Of a stretch of 64,000 bases of DNA, positions 17,275 to 28,136 are shown piece after piece. The notes beneath the pieces were generated by a model. That model was not told the DNA's origin, made no database searches, and saw nothing but the letters and a program-made list of their open reading frames with translations. A program made the translations under genes and the position numbers. Source of the DNA: Mucilaginibacter sp. (GTDB lineage: Bacteria > Bacteroidota > Bacteroidia > Sphingobacteriales > Sphingobacteriaceae). Numbering within the stretch: position 1 is the first letter of the stretch; each line of letters begins with the position of its first letter. The stretch covers positions 2,164 to 66,163 of the forward strand of contig NZ_JANYGH010000024.1 of assembly GCF_025362475.1 (NCBI RefSeq), in the 5' to 3' direction.

Positions 17275-18519
17275 TTAACCTATAAATTTGGCGGACCTGT
17301 TAATCATGGCATTAAGCGTTAATCCCTGCACAATTACCGAAAATATCACAATAAAATAACTGCCGGATAATATCAAATGGCGGTAAGGCGTATCGGGCAA
17401 TGTTAAAGCCAGCGCAATGGAGATCCCTCCTCTTAGTCCGGCCCAGGTCATTACATTGATATTGCTATAGTTTACCTTTAAAGAGTGGCGCAAAAAGGTA
17501 AGCGGCAGCATAATGCTTAACCAGCGCGCCAATAATATAAATACAATAGATATACTGCCCGTTACCCAATAATTATTTACAAATGGTAAGTTGATAAGCT
17601 GCAGGCCTATCATTACAAACAGGATGGTATTCAGCATTTCATCCACCAATTGCCAGAATTTCTCCAGCGACTCGTGTGATTTTTCTTTATTATCCTGGTT
17701 TATGGAGTGGCTGCCGGCAAACAGGCCCGCGGTTACTATCGCTAAAGGTATCGAGAAACTAAAAATAGTTGCCAATACCGATAGGCCCATAACCAGTGCC
17801 AATGAGATTAATACGATGGTTTGAAAATCTTTAACCGATTTCATTAATCGCTGGGCAACGTAACCCAGGAATGCACCGGCCAATATCCCCCCCAAAACTT
17901 CTTTAACGATGAGCAACAAAACTTGTGATGCCTCGATATTGCTCTCTCCAACTTTTGTTATCTCCAAAATAATTACAAACAGGATCAATCCTATACCATC
18001 ATTAAACAGTGATTCGCCCGAGATAATGGTTTCGAGGTGAGCCGGAAGTTTGGAGTTTTTTATGATTGCCGATACCGCCACCGGATCTGTTGGTGAAACC
18101 AATGCCCCAAATAACAAGCAATACATAAGGGGCATATGAATATGAAAAAAAGGCGCCAGGAAATACAGAAGAAACCCAAAAACAGCAGTTGATATGATTA
18201 CACCCAAAGTACTTAATACAAATACAGGGCGCATCTCTTTTTTCAGCTTTTTACCATCAAGGTTAAAAGCGCTTGAAAAAAGCAGGAAACCCAACATAAC
18301 ATTAAGTACTACTTTGGAGAAATCGATGTTCTTGGCGAGTGTAGTTAAATATTTAGCAGTATGAGGATCTAACTTATCAACAACCAATATAACTATCGAA
18401 ACAATGGTTGCTATCAAAACGGTTCCAATAGTACCTGGAAGTTTAACAAAGCGCGCATTTATATACGAGAAAAAGGCACTTACAATAACCAACAAAGTAA
18501 TTACAACAAACAGATCCAT
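17275..18519 (-). CDS. CPA1-family Na+/H+ antiporter
   Basis: ALVSPTDPVAV, ISGESLFNDG, WAGLRGGISIALAL. Confidence 0.92.
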   Translation of the reverse strand: MDLFVVITLLVIVSAFFSYINARFVKLPGTIGTVLIATIVSIVILVVDKLDPHTAKYLTTLAKNIDFSKVVLNVMLGFLLFSSAFNLDGKKLKKEMRPVFVLSTLGVIISTAVFGFLLYFLAPFFHIHMPLMYCLLFGALVSPTDPVAVSAIIKNSKLPAHLETIISGESLFNDGIGLILFVIILEITKVGESNIEASQVLLLIVKEVLGGILAGAFLGYVAQRLMKSVKDFQTIVLISLALVMGLSVLATIFSFSIPLAIVTAGLFAGSHSINQDNKEKSHESLEKFWQLVDEMLNTILFVMIGLQLINLPFVNNYWVTGSISIVFILLARWLSIMLPLTFLRHSLKVNYSNINVMTWAGLRGGISIALALTLPDTPYRHLILSGSYFIVIFSVIVQGLTLNAMINRSAKFIG

Positions 18520-18579
18520 AGGCGTTTACTTATTCAGTAAGAAAACAAAAGCCATAATGTTTTAAAAAATAATGCCTTT

Positions 18580-19878
18580 TTACTTCGACTCGGGATCTGT
18601 CATGCGGGTTTCTAAATTAAAATACCGCACTATCAACCTGTTATCGCTGTTCTTGGTGAAATAATTGATAGCCCAGCTAAAAAATACAGTTCCCTTATTG
18701 GTAAAACCGGCTAAGGACATTAAATGCACAAATCCCCAAAGTAGCCATGCAAAAAATCCCTGGAAATGAAGCCTCCCCAGATCGGCCACGGCCTTGTTAC
18801 GGCCTATGGTAGCCAGCGAGCCTTTGTCTTTATATTTAAACGGAACAGTGGGTTCATTTTTTAAAATTCGAACCAGATTTTTGGAAAGCCATTCGCCTTG
18901 TTGCATAGCCGTTGGTGCTACACCCGGATGCCCGTTTGGCGTTTCTGGAGTTATCATGGCGGAAACATCACCTATGGCAAAAATATTGGCATAACCATTT
19001 ACCTTGTTTATTTCATCTACTTGTATCCGGTTTCCCCTCACAATACTTTGTTCTGGCAAACCTGCAGGCACCTCACCCTTTACCCCGGCAGCCCATAAAA
19101 CGTTGCGGGTAAGTATGGTGGTGCCATCGTCTATTTTAAGCAGCGCACCATCGTAACTCTCTACGTGTACGTTGTTAAAAATAGTTACATCCATATCCTT
19201 CAGGAACTTTTTGGCTTTGGCAGATGCCGCGGGCGAGAAAGCAGCAAGTAACTCCGCCTTACCTTCTACAAGGTAAACCTTCATGCTATGTTTTCTTAAA
19301 CCATGGTAATCCTTCATCAGTATCAGCTGCCGCATTTCTGCCAGTGCACCAGAAAGCTCAACACCTGTGGGGCCTCCTCCTACTACTACAAAGGTCATTA
19401 GCGCCGCCTTTTCTTCCGGATCTTTGGTTATTAATGACATTTCCAGGTTTTGAAGAATCAGGCTGCGTAAGTTTAGCGCCTCGGGTATATTCTTCATGGG
19501 CATGGCAAAATGTTCAATTTCCTTATTGCCGAAAAAGTTGGTATTTGATCCGGTAGCTAAAACCAGGTAATCATAATATACAGTGCCCACATCGGTTGTA
19601 AGGGTATTGCTCTCAGGATGAATTTCCTGAACCTCAGTTAGCGCAAAACGAAAATTATCCTGTTTGGTAAAGATCCTGCGAATAGGGAAGCCGATAGAAT
19701 CGGCAGCAATTGAACCTGCAGCCACCTGGTAAAGCAAAGGCTGAAAAGTATGGTAATTATGTTTATCCAGCAATAAAACATCTACTGGCGCATTTTTCAA
19801 ATTTTTAGCTAATTCAAGTCCGCCAAATCCACCGCCAACAATTACTACACGGGGCTTGGCACTTTTCTTTTTATCCAT
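18580..19878 (-). CDS. ndh: Type II NADH:quinone oxidoreductase
   Basis: GGGFGG, FQPLLYQVA, GGGPTGVE, WAAGV, FAIGD, YKDKGSLATIGRN. Confidence 0.9.
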   Translation of the reverse strand: MDKKKSAKPRVVIVGGGFGGLELAKNLKNAPVDVLLLDKHNYHTFQPLLYQVAAGSIAADSIGFPIRRIFTKQDNFRFALTEVQEIHPESNTLTTDVGTVYYDYLVLATGSNTNFFGNKEIEHFAMPMKNIPEALNLRSLILQNLEMSLITKDPEEKAALMTFVVVGGGPTGVELSGALAEMRQLILMKDYHGLRKHSMKVYLVEGKAELLAAFSPAASAKAKKFLKDMDVTIFNNVHVESYDGALLKIDDGTTILTRNVLWAAGVKGEVPAGLPEQSIVRGNRIQVDEINKVNGYANIFAIGDVSAMITPETPNGHPGVAPTAMQQGEWLSKNLVRILKNEPTVPFKYKDKGSLATIGRNKAVADLGRLHFQGFFAWLLWGFVHLMSLAGFTNKGTVFFSWAINYFTKNSDNRLIVRYFNLETRMTDPESK

Positions 19879-20081
19879 AAGTAAATTTTACAACAAGTTT
19901 AATGCCTTAATTTCAAGTTTACTAATTATTTCATAATCAAATTGTAAACTTATAATACTGTAAGTAAATAATCATTTTTTAGTCATTTCAGTAAAAAATA
20001 CACGATAATTTCCTATTTTTAACAGATTTCTATTTAAAATGGTAGTAAATTGGCAAAGCTGGTGTTAAATTAATGTGAAGA

Positions 20082-20927
20082 ATGAACAAAAGTGTGACAG
20101 ATCCTATAAAATCGACTAAAATAACAACTAAAGAAAGCCTGTACGTTATAAAAATAGGCGGAAACGTTATAGATAACTCAGAAAACCTATATCATTTTTT
20201 AAAGGACTTTGAAAAGTTAGATGGTTTTAAAATATTGGTACATGGCGGCGGTAAAGTTGCTACCCAAGTTGCTGAGGATTTGGGCATTGAGGCACGACTG
20301 GTTGATGGCCGGAGAATAACTGATATTGAAACGTTAAGAGTGGTAACCATGGTTTATGGTGGCCTGATTAATAAGAATATAGTAGCTCAGTTACAACGCT
20401 TCGGCAATAACGCCATAGGTTTAACCGGGGCCGACGGTAATTTTATACGTGCCAAAAAACGCCCGGTAAAAACTATAGATTATGGTTTTGTAGGAGATAT
20501 CGACGAAAACTCCATCAATCCGGATAATATAAGTCGTTTGATGGAAGCAGGATTTACCCCTGTTTTTTGCGCGATAACACATGATGGCGAAGGCCAGCTA
20601 TTAAATACCAATGCTGATACAATAGCATCAGCGTTGGCGGTTAACCTATCATCATTATATGAAACAACCTTAATTTATTGTTTCGAAAAAAGAGGGGTTT
20701 TACAGGATATTGATGACGATGATTCGCTGATCAGGGAAATTAACCCCGCGCATTATGAAGAATTAAAAACACAACGGATTATACATAGTGGAATGTTGCC
20801 AAAACTGGATAATGCTTTTACCGCTATCGCATGCGGTGTACAGGCAGTTATCATTGGCAAAAGCGACGAATTAGGAAATTTAAAGAATAACAAACCATTT
20901 GGAACACGTTTAAGTAAAAACGCATGA
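20082..20927 (+). CDS. argB: Acetylglutamate kinase
   Basis: IKIGGN, VHGGG, GRRITD, NTNADTIA, GMLPKL. Confidence 0.95.
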   Translation: MNKSVTDPIKSTKITTKESLYVIKIGGNVIDNSENLYHFLKDFEKLDGFKILVHGGGKVATQVAEDLGIEARLVDGRRITDIETLRVVTMVYGGLINKNIVAQLQRFGNNAIGLTGADGNFIRAKKRPVKTIDYGFVGDIDENSINPDNISRLMEAGFTPVFCAITHDGEGQLLNTNADTIASALAVNLSSLYETTLIYCFEKRGVLQDIDDDDSLIREINPAHYEELKTQRIIHSGMLPKLDNAFTAIACGVQAVIIGKSDELGNLKNNKPFGTRLSKNA

Positions 20928-21745
20928 ATGCATCACAGCAAATAGCCATTTTAGGCTCTGGAAATATAGGGCTGTCATTAGCCAAAGGGTTGGTAAAAGC
21001 TGGCATCTGCAAGCCCCAGCAAATTACGCTTACACGCAGAAATGTGGCAGCACTGGCAGAATATGCACAAGAAGGCTATGCTACAACTGATAACAACTTA
21101 AAAGCGGTTAAAAAATCAGATATCATCGTATTGGCAGTACTTCCGCAACAACTTAACAAATTATTAGATGAAATAAGGCCATCTATAAAGCCCGAAAAAC
21201 AATTGTTGATATCTGTTATTTCGGGTGTGAGCTGTAATGATATCCGCCAGCAGCTTGATCTTAACGTACAGGTAATTCGCGCTATGCCAAATACAGCTAT
21301 AGCCATAGGGCATTCCATGACTTGTATTGCTACTGATAACGGCACCAATAAAAACATCAACCTGGTTAAATCACTTTTTGATACAGTTGGTGTAAGCATC
21401 CAGATCAATGAGGAACTGATGACATCAGCCACTGCGCTTTGTGCCTGCGGCATCGCTTTTTTCCTGCGCTCCATTCGCGCCGCATCACAGGGAGGTACCG
21501 AAATTGGTTTCCACGCGGGTGATGCCTTAAAAATGGCTGCTCAAACAGCCAAGGGTGCCGCCGACCTGCTGCTACAATTGTCATCACACCCCGAGCAGGA
21601 AATTGATAAAGTTACTTCGCCAAGCGGATGTACCATTGCAGGCTTAAATGAGATGGAACATAACGGTTTTAGCTCGGCAATGATAAAGGGTATTAAATTA
21701 TCCGCCGAAAAAGCCGGTGATCTTTACAAGAAGGACGTTCATTGA
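20924..21745 (+). CDS. proC: Pyrroline-5-carboxylate reductase
   Basis: GSGNIG, RAMPNTA, VTSPSGCTIAGL. Confidence 0.95.
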   Translation: MNASQQIAILGSGNIGLSLAKGLVKAGICKPQQITLTRRNVAALAEYAQEGYATTDNNLKAVKKSDIIVLAVLPQQLNKLLDEIRPSIKPEKQLLISVISGVSCNDIRQQLDLNVQVIRAMPNTAIAIGHSMTCIATDNGTNKNINLVKSLFDTVGVSIQINEELMTSATALCACGIAFFLRSIRAASQGGTEIGFHAGDALKMAAQTAKGAADLLLQLSSHPEQEIDKVTSPSGCTIAGLNEMEHNGFSSAMIKGIKLSAEKAGDLYKKDVH

Positions 21746-21830
21746 TTTTGATAACCAGTCTATCAATTTGATAACCCTCTTAAAATACTAACCAATTATA
21801 AAAATCTAATATTCAATTTCTTAAAAGTGC

Positions 21831-21863
21831 CTATACCAATGCTATCGCATTGGTATAGTTTTT
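21831..21863 (+). terminator. Strong intrinsic terminator between proC and aspartokinase
   Basis: 12-bp perfect stem CTATACCAATGC/GCATTGGTATAG plus TTTTT. Confidence 0.8.
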
Positions 21864-21897
21864 AGCACATACACTTATACAGTGTTTATTTTTTAGC

Positions 21898-23274
21898 ATG
21901 TTAACAGTAGAAAAAATCGGCGGCACATCAATGACCGCATTGGGCGATGTTATTAAAAACATCGTTCTGTTTGAACGCAGCGGGCAGCAATTGTACAACC
22001 GCATATTTGTAGTATCTGCATTTTCGGGAGTGACCAACCTCCTGTTGGAGAATAAGAAAACCGGTGCTCCGGGGGTTTATCACCGCCTGGCAACCTATAA
22101 GGATTTTCATAAGCCCTTAAATGCGCTTATTGTTAAGCTAAAACAGATCAATAAAAGTTATGAAAGCCTTGGCCTAAACATTGCCGAAGCCGATGCGTTT
22201 ATTGAGCAACGCCTTAAAGATGCACAAACCTATCTTGAAAATATAGCTAATATCCTGGCATCGGGTTATGTAAACAAGGATGATATTTTACTGGCGGCAC
22301 GGGAAATCCTGGCATCAATAGGCGAAAGTCATTCGGCTTTTAACTTTGCCAATATTTTGCAAAACATGGGCATCAATGCCACATTTGTGGATTTAAGCGG
22401 TTTTCATGACCACCGGTCTTTTACCATAGATCAACGGATCAAAAAAGACTTACAAAACATTAATTTTGAGGATACTATCTCCATCGTCACCGGTTACGCC
22501 AAGGGCACAGAAGGTATCATGCGCGAGTTTGACCGCGGCTACTCTGAGGTTACCTTTAGCAAAATCGCTGTAGCTGTAAAACCGCAGGAAGCCATCATCC
22601 ACAAAGAATATCATTTATGCACTGCCGATCCTAACCTGGTTGGTGTTGAAAACTGTTTTCCGGTAGGCAACACTAATTATGATGTAGCTGATCAATTAGC
22701 CGACGTAGGCATGGAAGCTATCCATCCAAAGGCGTCAAAGCCACTGGAGATTAATGATATAGACCTGCGTATCAAAAACACTTTCCAGCCAGAGCACCCC
22801 GGCACACTGATAACCCGCGAATACATTTGCGATAAAAAGCGTGTTGAGGTAATTACAGGTACCGAAAGAGTAATGATGATAGATATTTACGACCCATCAA
22901 TGGTGGGCAATGTAGGTACCGACTTTCATATCATGCAGCTGTTTTATAAATATGGCGTTAGCTACACCTTTAAGGCCACCAGTGCCAATAGTATCTCCAT
23001 TGTGATATGGGATAAGGACTATAACAAAAAACTGATACAGGAACTGGAAGATGATTACGAAAAGGTAACCGTTGAGAAGATGGCCATGGTTTGCCTAATA
23101 GGCTCCAACATGGATCAACCGGGCTTACTGGCCAAATCAGCAACAGCCTTGGCCAAGCATGGCATCAATATAAAAAGCTGTGGCTTTGCCCTGCGTAAAG
23201 TAAATATCCAATTCCTGGTAGCCCGTGAAGATTTTGCGGAGGCCATTAAAGCGTTAAATAAGGCGATGATATAA
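21898..23274 (+). CDS. Aspartate kinase, Ask_Ect-like subfamily
   Basis: TVEKIGGTSM, FVVSAFSGVTNLLLE, FDRGYSEVTFS, TNYDVADQLADVGMEAIHP; C-terminal ACT-like region. Confidence 0.9.
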   Translation: MLTVEKIGGTSMTALGDVIKNIVLFERSGQQLYNRIFVVSAFSGVTNLLLENKKTGAPGVYHRLATYKDFHKPLNALIVKLKQINKSYESLGLNIAEADAFIEQRLKDAQTYLENIANILASGYVNKDDILLAAREILASIGESHSAFNFANILQNMGINATFVDLSGFHDHRSFTIDQRIKKDLQNINFEDTISIVTGYAKGTEGIMREFDRGYSEVTFSKIAVAVKPQEAIIHKEYHLCTADPNLVGVENCFPVGNTNYDVADQLADVGMEAIHPKASKPLEINDIDLRIKNTFQPEHPGTLITREYICDKKRVEVITGTERVMMIDIYDPSMVGNVGTDFHIMQLFYKYGVSYTFKATSANSISIVIWDKDYNKKLIQELEDDYEKVTVEKMAMVCLIGSNMDQPGLLAKSATALAKHGINIKSCGFALRKVNIQFLVAREDFAEAIKALNKAMI

Positions 23275-23280
23275 GGCGTT

Positions 23281-23563
23281 GAAAGGCAAAGGGTAAAAGG
23301 CGAAAGGTAAAAGGTTGTTTAACATAATGCCTTTCACCTTTCACCTTTCACCTTTCACCTTTCACCTTTCACCTTTCACCTTTCACCTTTCACCTTTTAC
23401 CTTTTACCTTTCACCTTTCTCCTTTCTCCTTTCTCCTTTCACCTTTCTCCTCTCACCTTTCTCCTTTCTCCTTTCTCCTTTCTCCTTTCTCCTCTCACTT
23501 TCTCCTTTCTCCTTTCACCTTTCTCCTTTCTCCTTTCACCTTTCTCCTCTCACCTTTCTCCTT
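23281..23563. repeat. Inverted heptamer arms; right arm expanded to 33 copies of CCTTTCW
   Basis: Left GAAAGGC AAAGGGT AAAAGGC GAAAGGT AAAAGG (23281-23314); right 23330-23563 CCTTTCA/CCTTTCT/CCTCTCA array. Confidence 0.92.
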
Positions 23564-23618
23564 GTTTGTAACTTTCCCGTGGCTAATTTTAATAAACCGG
23601 CTATTTTGAGCATATTTA

Positions 23619-26447
23619 ATGCTTAACAAGGTTGATATGGGTAGAATTTTACTAATTATTTGTTTATCAGCAATCTGCTTTAATGCATCTGCCCAAAAGA
23701 CCTCTAAAAAACCATTAGATCATTCTGTATTCGACGGATGGCAAAGCATTAGCGATCAGCGCATCAGCAATGATGGTAAATGGATTTTATATGTGATAAA
23801 ACCGCAGGAGGGCGATGCCGAACTGGTGATCACCAGCTCAAAAAACACCGGCAATGTTCATATCCCAAGGGCTGATACTGCACGTTTTACCAGCGATGGC
23901 AAATTTGCAGTATTCCGCGTGAGGCCGTTTTATAAAGATACCCGCCAGGCTAAAATCAAAAAGAAAAAACAGGCAGAATTCCCCAAGGATACCCTGGGGT
24001 TTATCTCGCTGGCAACCAAAACCATTACAAAAATCCCCGCTGTGAGGAGTTTTAAAATTGCCGAGAATGCTGATGTTATCGCCTACCTCGCTGTAGGCGA
24101 TACGTTAAAAAAGCCGTCATCAAATGATACTTCAAAAAAAGCGATAAGTACAACAATTACGCCGCCTACCCGCGAGGGTACTGATCTCACCGTAAAACAA
24201 TTAACGGGCAACATAATCCATACGTTTAAATATGTTACCGACTACCAAGTAAGTAAAAATGGCAAACTGGTAGTATTTGCCATTACTGCTCCGGTAAAAC
24301 AAAAGGAAATTATCTCGGGATTATATGTGTTTGACATTGATAAAAACAAAGTTAAAGCCATCAGCACAGGCAGGGGCAATTATCATAGTATCGCTATTGA
24401 TGATGCCAGCCGGCAGGTAGCTTTTGCGGCAGAGAAAAATCCAGAGAAAGCCCTGGTGAAACCATTTAAACTATATTACTATAACTTAACCAGGGACAGC
24501 GCTACGGTGATTGCCGCTGAAGGCCTGGAAACTATGCCCGCCAAATGGGCGGTGAGCGGAGACGGAAAGGTTTATTTTAGTAAAAGCGGTGCCAATTTAT
24601 TCTTCGGCACTGCCCCTATCCCCAAACCTGCGGATACCACCATTGTTGATTTTGAAGTGGCCAAACTTGATATCTGGAATTACAAGGATGATTACCTGCA
24701 GCCGCAACAGCTTAAAAACCTCCAAACCGAACTGAAGAGAAGTTACCTGGCAGTTATCCGTCCCGAAGATCCGGAATCTAAACAAGTGCAATTAGGCAGT
24801 AAGGCCATACAGGAAGTTTTTGTAGCCGAAAATAAAAACGCCCGGTATGTTTTAGGAGTAACCGATACCGGCGCACGTGTACAATCGCAATGGGAAGGCG
24901 ATACCAAACAACAGGCCATTTTAATAGATACAAAAAGCGGCAATAAGAGATTAATCAGTTCGGGGGTAAAGGCCCGATACAGAATCTCCCCGGATGGCCG
25001 GTATGTAATCTGGTTCAATTTTAATGACCAGCAATGGTACAGTTATACCATCAGTACCGGTACCAAAACCAACCTTACAAGTTCAATCGCCACCAAACTG
25101 GGCGATGAATTGAATGATGTTCCCAATTATGCCTCTGATTATGGTTTGGCCGGATGGACAAAGGACGACAAAGCGGTACTGATATATGACAGGTATGATA
25201 TCTGGAGTATTGACCCTGCGACTGGTGTTGCAACCAATTTCACAAATGGCATCGGTCGTAAAAATAAATTGATCATCAGGTATAACATGACCGATCCAGA
25301 ACAAAAATTCATTCCCTCAAAACAGGTAATGTGGTTATTGGCCCAGGATGAGGAAACCAAACAATGGGGATATTTTGTAAAAACTCCCGAAAGCAAAAGT
25401 GCCTCCGAAAAGGTGAACATGGGTAAATTAAGCTATAGCGATTTAACCCGGGCTAAAAATGCAGCCATTTACATCTACACTAAAAGCAACTATGAGTTGC
25501 CTCCCGATCTTTATGTATCAACCGACTTAAAAAAGGAGATAAAGCTAAGTGACATCAACCCCCAACAGGCCCAATACAACTGGGGTACAGCAGAGCTGGT
25601 AACGTGGACTACTCCAAAGGGCTATAAATCAAAAGGCATTTTATATAAACCAGAGGATTTCGACCCAAATAAAAAGTACCCGATGATCGTTTATTTTTAT
25701 GAAAAACTATCTGAGGGCCTTTATAATTATATAGCTCCTGCCCCAACCCCTTCGCGTTTACCTATTTCTTTTTTTGTGAGTAACGGGTATTTAGTTTTCG
25801 CACCGGATATCAGCTATGAAAACGGCCATCCAGGCGCGTCAGCGGTTGAATTTATTAACTCGGGTGTTGAATCATTAAAGAAAAATGCATGGGTTGATGG
25901 CGCCCATATTGGCCTTCAGGGACAAAGCTGGGGAGGTTACCAGGTGGCATACCTTATCACCCAAACCAATATGTACGCCGCGGCATGGGCAGGTGCACCA
26001 GTGGTAAACATGACATCAGCATATGGGGGCATCAGGTGGGAATCGGGCGTTAACCGGCAGTTCCAGTACGAAAAAACACAAAGCCGCATAGGTGCTACAC
26101 TTTGGGAAAAACCAGAACTATATATTGAAAACTCACCGTTGTTTCAGTTACCCAAAGTGCAAACCCCGGTCATGATTATGAGCAATGATGCCGATGGCGC
26201 AGTTCCGTGGTACCAGGGAATAGAAATGTTTACTGCCTTGCGCCGCCTTAATAAGCCTGTTTGGCTATTGCAATACAATGGCGAAGCCCATAACCTGGTA
26301 CAACGCCAAAATCGTAAGGATATCACTATTCGCGAGCAGCAGTTTTTTGATCATTACTTAAAAGGCGCGCCTATGCCGGTTTGGATGGCTAAAGGTGTGC
26401 CCGCCGTGGATAAAGGGAAAGATTGGGGATTTGAGTTAGTGAAATAG
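23619..26447 (+). CDS. S9-family (prolyl oligopeptidase/acylaminoacyl peptidase) secreted peptidase
   Basis: Signal peptide, propeller region, GQSWGG nucleophile, D..VP and EAH catalytic residues; start may be 23637. Confidence 0.92.
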   Translation: MLNKVDMGRILLIICLSAICFNASAQKTSKKPLDHSVFDGWQSISDQRISNDGKWILYVIKPQEGDAELVITSSKNTGNVHIPRADTARFTSDGKFAVFRVRPFYKDTRQAKIKKKKQAEFPKDTLGFISLATKTITKIPAVRSFKIAENADVIAYLAVGDTLKKPSSNDTSKKAISTTITPPTREGTDLTVKQLTGNIIHTFKYVTDYQVSKNGKLVVFAITAPVKQKEIISGLYVFDIDKNKVKAISTGRGNYHSIAIDDASRQVAFAAEKNPEKALVKPFKLYYYNLTRDSATVIAAEGLETMPAKWAVSGDGKVYFSKSGANLFFGTAPIPKPADTTIVDFEVAKLDIWNYKDDYLQPQQLKNLQTELKRSYLAVIRPEDPESKQVQLGSKAIQEVFVAENKNARYVLGVTDTGARVQSQWEGDTKQQAILIDTKSGNKRLISSGVKARYRISPDGRYVIWFNFNDQQWYSYTISTGTKTNLTSSIATKLGDELNDVPNYASDYGLAGWTKDDKAVLIYDRYDIWSIDPATGVATNFTNGIGRKNKLIIRYNMTDPEQKFIPSKQVMWLLAQDEETKQWGYFVKTPESKSASEKVNMGKLSYSDLTRAKNAAIYIYTKSNYELPPDLYVSTDLKKEIKLSDINPQQAQYNWGTAELVTWTTPKGYKSKGILYKPEDFDPNKKYPMIVYFYEKLSEGLYNYIAPAPTPSRLPISFFVSNGYLVFAPDISYENGHPGASAVEFINSGVESLKKNAWVDGAHIGLQGQSWGGYQVAYLITQTNMYAAAWAGAPVVNMTSAYGGIRWESGVNRQFQYEKTQSRIGATLWEKPELYIENSPLFQLPKVQTPVMIMSNDADGAVPWYQGIEMFTALRRLNKPVWLLQYNGEAHNLVQRQNRKDITIREQQFFDHYLKGAPMPVWMAKGVPAVDKGKDWGFELVK

Positions 26448-26490
26448 TATGGCAAATAGAGTGTTGCGGACACTTTTAACAAAAGCTCTA

Positions 26491-26531
26491 TAATGCAAAA
26501 AACAGGCTGATTTAGCCTGTTTTTTGCATTA
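26491..26531. terminator. Bidirectional terminator
   Basis: 18-bp perfect stem between convergent genes. Confidence 0.85.
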
Positions 26532-26545
26532 TAGATAGTGATGAA

Positions 26546-28093
26546 TTATATCTCTCTGTTCAAATCCCATTTCTCAAGGTAATCGGCAACTCTGCGAACA
26601 AATGACCCGCCCAATGCACCGTCAACTACACGATGATCGTAGGATAACGACAGGAACATCATATGCCTTATTGCGATAACATCACCCTCGGGAGTTTCAA
26701 TTACAGCCGGTTTTTTCTTGATGGCGCCAACAGCCAGGATAGCTACCTGCGGCTGATTGATAATTGGGGTACCCATCACATTACCAAACGAACCTACGTT
26801 TGTAATAGTAAAGGTTCCGTCTCTTACATCATCCGGTAACAGCTTCCCGATCCGGGCCCTGTTTGCAAGGTCATTAACCGCTTTGGTTATTCCAAGCAGG
26901 TTTAATTGGTCGGCCTTTTTTATTACAGGCACAATAAGGTTACCACTTGGCAAGGCCGTTGCCATGCTGATATTGATATTAGCCTTTTTTATGATCTGCG
27001 TACCACTTACCGTAATATTGATCATCGGAAAATCCTTGATCGCTTTAACAACAGCTTCAATAAATATCGGGGTAAATGTTATTTTTTCGCCCTCCCGCTT
27101 TTCAAAGCTGTTCTTTACTTTTTCGCGCCACAACACCAGGCTGGTTACATCAGCCTCAACAAAAGAGGTAACATGCGGCGAGGTTTGCTTACTCATTACC
27201 ATATGATCGGCAATAAGGCGGCGCATCCTATCCATTTCAATTATTTCATCACCACCCGAAACCGAAGTTGCCGGCAATGACTGGGCTATACCAGCTTTTT
27301 CTGTTTCAGGTTCGGCAGCTTTTTGCGGCGTTGCAACTGGTGCCGGTTCATTTACAGGCAAAGTTTCCCTTTTGGGTTCAACAGAACCATTGGCACTGAT
27401 GCCTTGAATTAATTCCGCAGGCCGTTCTGTATTTTTAGCTGTTGCAAATACATCTGGCTGTATCACAGTTTGCGCAGCAGGCGATTGCTTATGTTGAATA
27501 TAACTTAACAGATCATCTTTAGTTAACCGGCCTTCCGAACCAGTTCCGGGTATACGATCAAGTTCATGAACGCTAATACCTTCCTGGCTGGCAATATTGC
27601 GTACCAGTGGCGAATAAAATCTGCCTTCGCTTTTGAACGTTTGCTCCTGGGCCGAAGTGCTTAATTGCTCCAACTGAGCAATACCAGGTATATCAATAGG
27701 TGTATTGGATTCTTGTTCTGGTGCTACAGCCTCTTGAACTTCAACAATCGGAGTTACGGGAGCTTGCTCAGTTACTGTAACAGATGGGGCTAAAGGGGCT
27801 TCATGAACCGGCGGCGCAGGAGCTATTTCAGGCTCAGCGGCCACTTCTTTTTCTTCAGTTTCTATAATTGCAATTACCGCACCTACCTGCACTACATCAT
27901 CAACCTGGTAAAATTGTTGAACCAATTTACCAGATACCGGGGAGGGCACATCTGAATCAACTTTATCAGTTGCAATTTCCATTACTGCTTCGTCGGCATC
28001 AACATGATCTCCTGGGCTTTTATTCCATTTAATTACGGTTGCTTCCGCAACGCTTTCACCCATTTTTGGCAATAACAGTTGGTATTTGGCCAT
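26546..28093 (-). CDS. 2-oxoacid dehydrogenase E2 (dihydrolipoamide acyltransferase)
   Basis: Lipoyl EIATDKVDS, E3-binding YSPLVR..GTGSEGR, LSYDHRVVDG; long P/A/E linkers. Confidence 0.93.
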   Translation of the reverse strand: MAKYQLLLPKMGESVAEATVIKWNKSPGDHVDADEAVMEIATDKVDSDVPSPVSGKLVQQFYQVDDVVQVGAVIAIIETEEKEVAAEPEIAPAPPVHEAPLAPSVTVTEQAPVTPIVEVQEAVAPEQESNTPIDIPGIAQLEQLSTSAQEQTFKSEGRFYSPLVRNIASQEGISVHELDRIPGTGSEGRLTKDDLLSYIQHKQSPAAQTVIQPDVFATAKNTERPAELIQGISANGSVEPKRETLPVNEPAPVATPQKAAEPETEKAGIAQSLPATSVSGGDEIIEMDRMRRLIADHMVMSKQTSPHVTSFVEADVTSLVLWREKVKNSFEKREGEKITFTPIFIEAVVKAIKDFPMINITVSGTQIIKKANINISMATALPSGNLIVPVIKKADQLNLLGITKAVNDLANRARIGKLLPDDVRDGTFTITNVGSFGNVMGTPIINQPQVAILAVGAIKKKPAVIETPEGDVIAIRHMMFLSLSYDHRVVDGALGGSFVRRVADYLEKWDLNREI

Positions 28094-28115
28094 TTTTACA
28101 GTTTATACTTTTGCT

Positions 28116-28123
28116 CAAAATTA
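28116..28123 (-). promoter_or_regulatory. -7 promoter element for the E2 gene
   Basis: TAATTTTG on minus strand, 22 nt upstream of ATG. Confidence 0.55.
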
Positions 28124-28136
28124 TGAATTTTGAGCC

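Noticed and set aside
21746-21897. Lysine riboswitch upstream of aspartokinase
   Set aside because: Spacer is too short and AT-rich, and no aptamer motifs were recognised
21898-23274. Ectoine biosynthesis cluster
   Set aside because: No ectA/B/C/D in the window
23281-23563. CRISPR array
   Set aside because: Contiguous 7-nt units with no spacers, and no cas genes in the window
23315-23626. 103-aa ORF (PFTFHLS repeats)
   Set aside because: It is simply the translation of the stop-free heptamer array; no sign of a real gene
26440-26465. Possible further heptamer arm after the S9 peptidase stop (AAATAG...AAATAG)
   Set aside because: Only two degenerate units and no complementary arm
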